Assembly (NCBI GenBank): GCA_951406725.2
Contig: OX597831.1
Coordinates: 26,846,001 to 26,910,000, forward strand
DNA: 64,000 bases
Direction: 5' to 3'
Origin: Octopus vulgaris
Lineage: Eukaryota
Position 1 is the stretch's first letter. Every line of letters starts with the position of its first letter. Made by a program: the position numbers and the translations under genes. Under the pieces are notes generated by a model. That model saw only the letters and a list, made by a program, of their open reading frames with translations. It made no database searches and was not told the DNA's origin. Positions 54,719-64,000 of the stretch are shown here, piece after piece.

Positions 54719-54880
54719 GCAGGAAGACGAACAGGCAGAAAGACGAACAGACAGAAAGACAGGCAGACAGACAAGCAAGCAGGCAGACAGGCAAGCAGAC
54801 TGTGAAATACAGTGAGAGGGATAATTAAAGCGTTCGTTCACACATCCATGTAGACAGAATTTTTTCGCAGAAACGGATAT

Positions 54881-54936
<56 letters not shown>

Positions 54937-55205
54937 ACACACACATTCACAAATACACTCGGTTTCCTACACAGCCATTTAAAAAATTTATTGATGTGTT
55001 TTTTGTGGTGTTTACTTTAAGATTTCCTCTTCAATAAAGTCCGTTAACTAAAAGTCACCGTTAAATGGAGATTTACTTAGTACATCTCCGTTTGTCATTG
55101 GTTGGGATTAAACATGAACTTCCGGTCGACTCTTCAAATGGAAACCATCTTGAAAACAATCTTGTGCTATCATACGCACATACACACATATATGCTGACA
55201 CGCAC

Positions 55206-55410
55206 ACATTCTTATACCGCATTCAAGGAAGCACTCCTTATACACATAATATACACATACACACACATTCACACATGTATGCACATACACACGCACGCAC
55301 ACAAACATGCACACATATAAACACACACATGCACACACACATTTATACGTATACATTCTTATACCGCATTCAAGGAAGCACTCTTTATACACATAATATA
55401 CATATACACG
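55206..55410 (+). repeat. Local direct duplication of about 55 bp (acattcttataccgcattcaaggaagcactc..tatacacataatataca)
   Basis: Copies at about 55206 and 55353. Confidence 0.85.
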
Positions 55411-55481
55411 CGCACACAAACACAGATGGACAAATATAAACACACACCTGCCTGGTATATATATATTATATTATATTATAT

Positions 55482-55553
<72 letters not shown>

Positions 55554-55809
55554 CATGGATACACATGGGTTGGACATTTGCAAATACTTACACGAACACA
55601 AATAATCACACACATTAAAAATTTCTTTGACAGAAAATACACATATATACAACATATACAAGAATACATATACATACATATACTGACACAGGTACGGATA
55701 CACATACACACACACACACACATTCTTATATATGTACATACATACGTATATAGACACACACACATATATATGTATGTGTGTGTGTGTGTTTGTATGTATA
55801 TCATATCTT

Positions 55810-56025
55810 CTATTTCTTTCTGTCACTGGACTACGGCTAGGCTGGGGCACCGCCTTAAGGAGTTACGTCGAACAAATCGAGTCCAGGACATTTTAAAACC
55901 TGGTATTTGTCCTACGAGACGCGTTTACCGAACAGCTAGGTTACGCACACGTAAACAAACCAGCACCTGTTGTCAAGTGGTGGAGGAAACGCTGAAACAT
56001 ATACGCAGACACACATACACGCAAA

Positions 56026-56095
<70 letters not shown>

Positions 56096-56148
56096 TGTGT
56101 GTGTGACGGACTTTTTCCAGTTACCGTCTGTCAAATTCATTCACAAGA
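55810..56148 (-). mobile_element. Type A SINE, highly diverged
   Basis: Homology to the other type A copies. Confidence 0.65.
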
Positions 56149-56437
56149 CTTCGTTGGTTGGATGTGAGGTTAATTTCACGCCGGTAAATAAACCGAAATT
56201 GGAAGTCATTGGCACCGTTTCCTTTGTGTATGTATGTATGTTTATATATGTGTGTGTGTCTGTATATCTGTATGCATGCATATATATCTACCTATTGTTG
56301 TACACCTATTGTTGTACCTATTGTTGTACACACACACACACACATATATATATACATATATCGATGTGAGGTATGTTTGTCATCACTAAGGGTGAGTGTT
56401 ACTGTAGCTTGAAGCCCCTACACGCTACAACATATAT

Positions 56438-56790
56438 ATAAACAAGCAGGTGTATTAGTTTGACACTCGGGAAGGTGAGAAAGTCTTTTACGTTTCGAGC
56501 CTACGCTCTTCAACAGAAAGGAACAACGATGAAATAAAAAGAGAGAGAATAAAAAAAAAACTTGTGGATGTGGATTTAGCGGTGAATCATTGTTGGCGAT
56601 TTTTTTACTCCGTCTTCCTTTTCTCTTAGACTTACCTCTGTCTCCTGTTCCAGAAGAAGAGCTTGGCTCGAAACGTAAAGCACCCTTTCTTTCCTTCCCT
56701 AAGCGTCTTATTAATACTTTGCATGTACCATGTCCTCGCGTTGCCCTTTTTTTTCTTGTGCTTTTTCTCCGTTTTTTTTTATTAATTATA
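56438..56790. mobile_element. Penelope-type relic with two back-to-back hammerhead-like motifs
   Basis: Minus 56520-56485: CUUU-CUGUUGA-A-GAGC guag GCUC-GAAACGUA-AAAG. Plus 56651-56680: CAGAAGA-A-GAGC uug GCUC-GAAACGUA. Confidence 0.55.
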
Positions 56791-56837
56791 TCTATATCTA
56801 TCGAGTTGACTACCTTCTTACTTATATGTGTGTATAT

Positions 56838-57070
56838 AAGGCGGCGAGCTGGCAGAAACGTTAGCGCGCCGGGCGAAATGCGTAGCGGTATTTCGTCTGT
56901 CGTTACGTTCTGAGTTCCAATTCTGCCGAGGTCGACTTTGCCTTTCATCCTCTCGGGGTCGATAAATAAAGTACCAGTTTCGCACTGGGGGGTCGATGTA
57001 ATCGACTTAATCCCATTGTCTGTCCTTGTTTGTCCCATCTATGTTTAGCCCCTTGTGGGTAGTAAAGAAA
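56838..57070 (+). mobile_element. Type B SINE
   Basis: Homology to the type B consensus. Confidence 0.9.
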
Positions 57071-57349
57071 TATATATGTGTGTATATGTGCGTGTGTATG
57101 TATATGTGTGTGTGTTTATGTGTGTGTGTGTATCTACAAACAGAGAGAGAGAGAGCGGGGATGACTGGTCTAATAGGGGTTCGAAAAATCAGAATTAAGT
57201 TCGTAAAACAATAAAAAAAAACTCAGAACATCCTGAATTATTGTTTATTAACCAATTTATTTTATATGTGCAAGCCTCGTTCTTGCAAATATACATGCCA
57301 GAAAATACAACTTGTTCTCTTGGCACACAGAAAAATATATAAGTGAATG

Positions 57350-57392
57350 TCTTGAGGTGTTTCATACTTCGCTGACCACTCTCATCAGAAGA
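57350..57392 (-). ncRNA. Degenerate hammerhead-like motif
   Basis: UCUU-CUGAUGA-gaguggucagcgaaguau-GAAA-CACCUC-AAGA. Stem I is intact; stems II and III are eroded. Confidence 0.35.
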
Positions 57393-57695
57393 TAAATACG
57401 CATTCATTCTTCTGTCCACGGAAAAAACAAATTCAAGTTGCAATCGCTATTCAAATTAACTATGAACCAGAACTTAACTGTAACGGTGGGACTAATTTGC
57501 ATAACACACAGCAAAATCAAATAACTAATATATATTTATATATAACGCAGCGTGCTTTGGAAAAATTTAAAGTAGATTGTACGTATTTTTAAGCATTCGC
57601 TCGGAAACTTCACACCAATGTAAACACGTATTGCTATTCCCTTTACACACGTATTCTTCTAAGCATATGTATTTGCTATATAACGCTACAGAGTA

Positions 57696-58239
57696 GCGTA
57701 AACTTCCTCTTATCCGGCATTGAAATAACCGGTACTCTCAAGCAACCGGTAGCCAGAAAAAAAAAACAAAGTGTGTGGTTAATTAAAGCCAAAAGAATTT
57801 GTACTAACCTGTTTTATTATCATTAAAGAAAAAAATTCGTTTCCTTTACTTGTTTCAGTCTCTAGACTGCGGCCATGCCGAGGCAACGCCCTGAAGAATC
57901 GACTCTAGTACTTGTTTTTTATAACCTGGTATTTATTCTATTGATCTCTTATGCCGAACTGCTAAGTGACGGGGACGTACACTTACTAGCACCGGCTGTC
58001 AAGCGGTGGTGGAGGACTAACACAGAGACAAGGCACACAAACATATTCATGTATATACGACTGGCTTCTTTCAGCTTTCGTCTACCATATCTACTCACAA
58101 GGCTTTGGTCGGCCGAGGTTAGGGTAGAAGACACTTGCCCAAGTGATCATTAATAATATGTGATCATTAGATATCCGGAAGATTCAGTTATCCGGTAACA
58201 CTCCGGTACTAGTGATGCCGGATAAGAAAGAGTTTACTG
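57696..58239. mobile_element. Tigger/pogo-like MITE with nested type A SINE (about 57840-58145, minus)
   Basis: Left gtaaacttcctcttatccggcat; right atgccggataagaaagagtttactg|TA; subterminal (t)aaccgg/tatccgg repeats. Confidence 0.65.
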
Positions 58240-59111
58240 TACAAAGATTGTAAGCAAACACAGTATAGGAGATGGATGCAAACAACACAGATTTATATAC
58301 AACACCTTCATGGACAGATAAAGAAGGATCATCCAGATTAGCATAAAACCTATGTTGGGATTTTCTCATTGATGGAGTACCTTCTTTAAATGTCCATAGA
58401 GATACCGGTTTTACGCCAACCCTTAATAAAGGATTATTGCTTAAACCAAACCAGTTCGCAAGTTTGACGCAAAATTCCATAAATAAATCAGTTGGTGCTG
58501 CTGTTGTTGCAGTTGTCGTTGATGTTGTTGCTTATATTCTTTTACCCCAGGTTATGCTTGAGCAAAATGACCTATGATCAAAGCCATTCCACCCATACCC
58601 TTCCTGTCTATTTACTAAGTGCAAGGAAACCAAGACTACATAGTCCGATGTTTATATTTAAGCGATCGCAGGGTGGAATCCGACTACTATTTTTAACAGA
58701 CCGAGGGACCACATAGAAGCTTTTCTCATTGTTACTATGGTTGCTCTCTAAAAAAAAATTATGTACGACATTGCCTGCCGCCATCTATCTTTACACAATA
58801 TAAAGTCCACCATTTTGGCTCGTCGTTGTGGTTGTTGCTATGTTGTTATTTTTAATTAGTTTTCTGTGAGGCTATTTCTATATTTGTGTATGTTTGTATG
58901 TGTATATATATGTGTGTGAATGTGTCTGTGTATGCATGTGTATGCCTTTGTAAATATCTACTTAAACATATGCGGGTCTATGCTTGTTCGTTGTATGTGC
59001 ATGGGCGTATTATGTTTGTATGTATAGAAATATGTTTTTATAAATATATATATATATGTGCGTGTATGCACATACATTTTTATGTATATGTGTATGTATA
59101 TATATATATAT

Positions 59112-59159
<48 letters not shown>

Positions 59160-59393
59160 TACAAACATATTTATATATATATACAAACACACACACATAC
59201 TCGCAGACACGCACAGAGAGATGTATATATATTGTATGTTAGATTATACATGAATGCGTGAGAATACATATGTGTGTCTATATATATATATGTGTGTGTG
59301 TGTGTGCATATATATAAACACATACACACACATTCTCTGCGTGCGTGTATAAGTCTCTATATATATATGTGTGTGTGTGTGTGTATGTATATG

Positions 59394-59426
<33 letters not shown>

Positions 59427-59509
59427 TTTATAGATATTGATATATATATATATTATAGATATTGATATATATATATGTATATGCATACATACATGCATGG
59501 ATGCATACA

Positions 59510-59540
<31 letters not shown>

Positions 59541-60041
59541 GTACATACTTCTTAAACACAGTGTAAACTATGCAACTATGCCTTATGAATATATATAAGC
59601 GAAAATAACCTTTATATGTGTGTGTTTGTGTGTATGTATGTGGCCGTGTGTGTGGGTGTGTATTTGTGTGTGTGTGTGTTTGTGTGCCTGTCTGTGTGTG
59701 AGTGCATCTATGATATTCACTGACATTTCTAAGAAGTAAACAATATGATGCGGGGGTGGATATTAGTTGACCGGGAAGGTGGTAGTGAGTTAGGAAGGGT
59801 GGGTTATTAAGACACAGATTTCAATATGGCCGATATGGTTTGATGGATCAGTGGTAGAGGGGGGAGGGCTGTGGAAATGATGGATAAATAGAAAGACTGA
59901 TGGGAAGGTATATACATACATATGTGTGTGTGTGTGTGTATTCTTTTATTTTTTTCTCTTTTACTTGTTTCAGTCATTTGACTGCGGCCATGCTGGAGCA
60001 CCGCCTTTAGTCAAACAAATTGACACCAGGACTTTTATATG

Positions 60042-60109
<68 letters not shown>

Positions 60110-60129
60110 TAGATATAAATATAGATATA

Positions 60130-60198
<69 letters not shown>

Positions 60199-60509
60199 GT
60201 ATCTATGTATGTATGTATTGTATATATTTATGCTAGTATTGACGAACGGACAGACAGACAGAGATAGACAGGCTGTGGTAGAGGTGGTATCGATATATGT
60301 GGTATTGGTATTAATGGTGGTGGGAGATGTTTGTATATGATTGCAGTGGTGGCGGCAGTAGCGGTGGCGCTGGTGATGGCGGCGGTGGCGGTGGTAACAT
60401 TGTTGATGGTTGTATCAGAGGCAGTGATCCTGATGTCATATCTAACGAGGGATCAGCTGCTATCGACCAAGAAGGCTTAAGCTACTTGGGCAGTAGAGAG
60501 ACCGAAGGT

Positions 60510-60740
60510 AAAGAGCTGGCAGAATCGTTAGCACGCCGGGCGAAATGCGTAGCCGTATTTCGTCTGCGTTACGTTGTGAGTTCAAATTCCGCCGAGGTCG
60601 ACTTTGCCTTTCATCCTTTCGGGGTCGATAAATTAAGTACCAGTTACCCACTGGGGTCGATGTAATCGACGTAATACCTATGTCTGTCCTTGTTTGTCCC
60701 CTCTGTGTTTAGCCCCTTGTGGGTAATAAAGAAATAGGTA
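60510..60740 (+). mobile_element. Type B SINE
   Basis: Homology to the type B consensus; aggtaaag flanks both sides as a possible TSD. Confidence 0.9.
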
Positions 60741-61030
60741 AAGGTTCGATTCGCAGCCGCATAGTCCCAGATACCCCCATGTCTCCGTCCGGTTGCACAC
60801 TTCCATACTGTACGCTCCAACATATTGTAGGTCAGAGGGAGCAGCGGGGACAGTCGGGACCGATTGTACGCTCCTCATCGTCCCTGTCTATCTTTACTCG
60901 CGGATATGTCTTGTGGTGGCCACATGAGGTGTGGCATTGGTTGGCTCTGTCAGAAAGTAACTTTTAATTGCTTAATTACGCGTCTCATTTGGTAACGAAC
61001 GTCACAGAACAGTGTTTACGAATAATGAGG

Positions 61031-61062
<32 letters not shown>

Positions 61063-61072
61063 GGTGGTGGTG

Positions 61073-61137
<65 letters not shown>

Positions 61138-61187
61138 GTGGTGGTGGTGGTGGTGATGTGTGTGTATTTTTCTCTTTTTTTTTTTTA

Positions 61188-61583
61188 CACTTGTTTCAGT
61201 CATTTTGACTGAGGCCATACTGGTGCACAACCTTTAATCGAGCAACTCGACCCCGGGACTTATTCTTTTGTAAGCCCAGTACTTATTCTATCGGTCTCTT
61301 TTGCCGAACCGCTAAGTTACGGAGACATAAACACACCAGCATCGGTTGTCAAGCAATGCTAGAGGGACAAACACAGACACACAAACATACACGCAAATAC
61401 ATATATATATACATATATACGATGGGCTTCTTTCAGTTTCCGTCTACCAAATCCACTCACAAGACTTTGGTCGGCCCGAGGCTATAGTAGAAGACACTTG
61501 CCCAAGGTGCCACGCAGTGGGACTGAACCCGGAACCATGTGGTTGGTAAACAAGCTACTTACCACATAGCCACTCCTGCGCCT
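61188..61583 (-). mobile_element. Type A SINE
   Basis: Homology to the other type A copies. Confidence 0.9.
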
Positions 61584-61719
61584 ACATGTTAATGTTCTTC
61601 TGGATTGAGTGAAAGAGATAGTGTTGTGAGGATGGTGTTGTGTTGTGAGGTTTTGTCGATGTATCTTGAGAGAAAAAAGTGGGTTAGGTGGAAGAAATTG
61701 TTAGTATGGAGTCCTAGTG

Positions 61720-62105
61720 GTGTTATAAAGACAGTGTTGCTAGGATAGCGTTGTTAAACGGTGTTGTGCTGTTAGAACAATGTTATTGTACTGTTTTTAG
61801 GTGTGTTATGAGGACAGTGTTGTTAGGACAGTGTTGTCAGGACAGTGTTGTAGTAGTATCGTTAGGACAGTGTTGTCAGGAGATTATTGTTATGACAGTA
61901 TTGTAGCAGTGTCGTTAGGACAGTGTTATTAGGACAATGTTGTTAAGACAGTGTAGTTATGACAGTATTTTAGCAGTGTCGTTAGGACAGTGTTATTAGG
62001 ACAATGTTGTTAGGACAGTGTAGTTATGACAGTTTTGTAGCAGTGTTGTCAGGAGAGTGTTGTTATGACAATGCTGTAGCAGTGTAATTAGGACAGTGTT
62101 GCGTT
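61720..62105. repeat. Degenerate 14-bp minisatellite (aggacagtgttgtt) with about 66-bp higher-order unit
   Basis: gtgtcgttaggacagtgttattaggacaatgttgtta recurs at about 61910 and 61976. Confidence 0.8.
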
Positions 62106-63089
62106 GCTAGAACAACTTCGTAGTGGTCAAAGTAGGACTGTTGTTAGGCTGATGTTGTCCTAGTGTTCAGCTGTGGGTGTACTCATGTCCTAGAATGTAT
62201 GAGAGGAATGATAGTCCTGACATAGTATTGACTGAGCTTTTTAGTTGTGACAATTATACAAACTCCTGCTGGTCTTTAATTGAGTTAAAAAGAGCAGGGG
62301 CTGAGGAATGCAGTCAGGGTTTGTGTGACACAAAACGGTAAATACAAAGATATTGTTAAGTAAGAATTAAATTAGGACCATCAGATTTATGTACAAGGTT
62401 TTTTTTTTTTTTTAGAAAAATATGAATTAATATATGAATTAATAATTATGGTGATGTCGTCTGTGGGAGGAGATTTAGCACCAGGCTTAATAATTATTTT
62501 AGTTTTGATTTTCTCAATTCTGATTTTCCTCACTATTACCATTTTTTCCCACCACCACAAAAACCTAGACCACCACCACCAACGCCGCTACCTCCGCCAT
62601 CACCTCCACCACCATAACCACTGTAACAAACAACGACGGCAGTCGCCACCATCGTGTCGCAATCACTACGATAGCATCTTCTACTACTACTACTACTACC
62701 ACCACCACCACCACTACTACTACCACCACCACCGCCACTACTACTACTACCACTACCACTACTACTACTACCACCAAGACACTAGGATGTTACGACCAGC
62801 GCCACAATCATAACCACAGCCAACACTGCCGCCACCACAACTAACACCACAACAACAACAACAACCACAACTACCATCAAGACTCCAAGGTGTCACCACC
62901 ACTATGACATGCACCTAGAAACCACCATCATTATCCACATTACTATCACAAACCATCACCACCACCACCACCACAACTACCGAGCCACCATCACTATGAC
63001 AACAATGACACCATTACCGACATCATGACATCACCACTATCAACGCTACCGCCACATTACTACAAACACCGCGATCACCGTCGCAACTC

Positions 63090-64000
63090 CATCACCACCA
63101 CCATCATCACCACCGCCATCACCACCACCGCCATCATCACCACCACCATCATCACCACCACCATCATCACCACCACCATCATCACCACCACCATCATCAC
63201 CACCGCCAGCATCACCACCGCCATCATCACCACCGCCATCATCACCACCACCATCATCACCACCGCCATCATCACCACCGCCATCATCACCACCGCCATC
63301 ATCACCACCACCATCATCACCACCACCATCATCACCACCACCATCATCACCACCACCATCATCACCACCGCCATCATCACCACCACCATCATCACCACCA
63401 CCATCATCACCACCGCCATCATCACCACCACCATCATCACCACCACCATCATCACCACCGCCATCATCACCACCACCATCATCACCACCACCGCCATCAT
63501 CACCACCACCATCATCACCACCACCATCATCACCACCGCCATCATCACCACCACCATCATCACCACCACCATCATCTCCACCGCCATCATCACCACCACC
63601 ATCATCACCACCACCGCCATCATCACCACCACCATCATCACCACCACCATCATCACCACCGCCATCATCACCACCACCATCATCACCACCACCATCATCA
63701 CCACCGCCATCATCACCACCGCCATCATCACCACCACCATCATCACCACCGCCATCATCACCACCACCATCATCACCACCACCATCATCACCACCGCCAT
63801 CATCACCACCGCCATCATCACCACCACCATCATCACCATCACCATCATCACCACCATCATCACCACCACCATCATCACCACCACCGTCATCACCACCGCC
63901 GTCATCACCACCGCCATCATCACCACCACCATCATCACCACCACCATCATCACCACCGCCATCATCACCACCGCCATCATCACCACCACCATCATCACCA
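63090..64000. repeat. 15-bp minisatellite atcaccacc(a/g)ccatc running off the window
   Basis: Direct reading; source of the 307-aa MMVVV ORF. Confidence 0.95.

Overview
AT-rich, microsatellite-saturated eukaryotic intergenic or intronic DNA. The SINE families and repeat density suggest an octopus or other coleoid cephalopod (inference). I found no host protein-coding exon, and almost all ORFs in the track are translations of simple repeats. The real coding remnants are all transposon-derived: a young 5'-truncated RTE LINE with a 16-bp TSD (2195-3021), two CR1-like 3' ends, an R4/Dong-type endonuclease tail and two mariner relics. More than 40 tRNA-derived SINE copies fall into four modular head/tail types. 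The main result is a set of non-coding Penelope-type pLTR/retrozyme-like repeats carrying type I hammerhead ribozyme (HHR) motifs. The best example (27851-28674) is a nearly unmutated 360-bp unit arranged as 1.5 tandem copies plus an inverted copy, with two canonical minimal HHRs. A second, unrelated 362-bp unit carries an HHR with a compensatory U3-A8 core, and about 8 further HHR-like motifs are scattered across the window. Coordinates were read by eye; SINE and simple-repeat edges are approximate.
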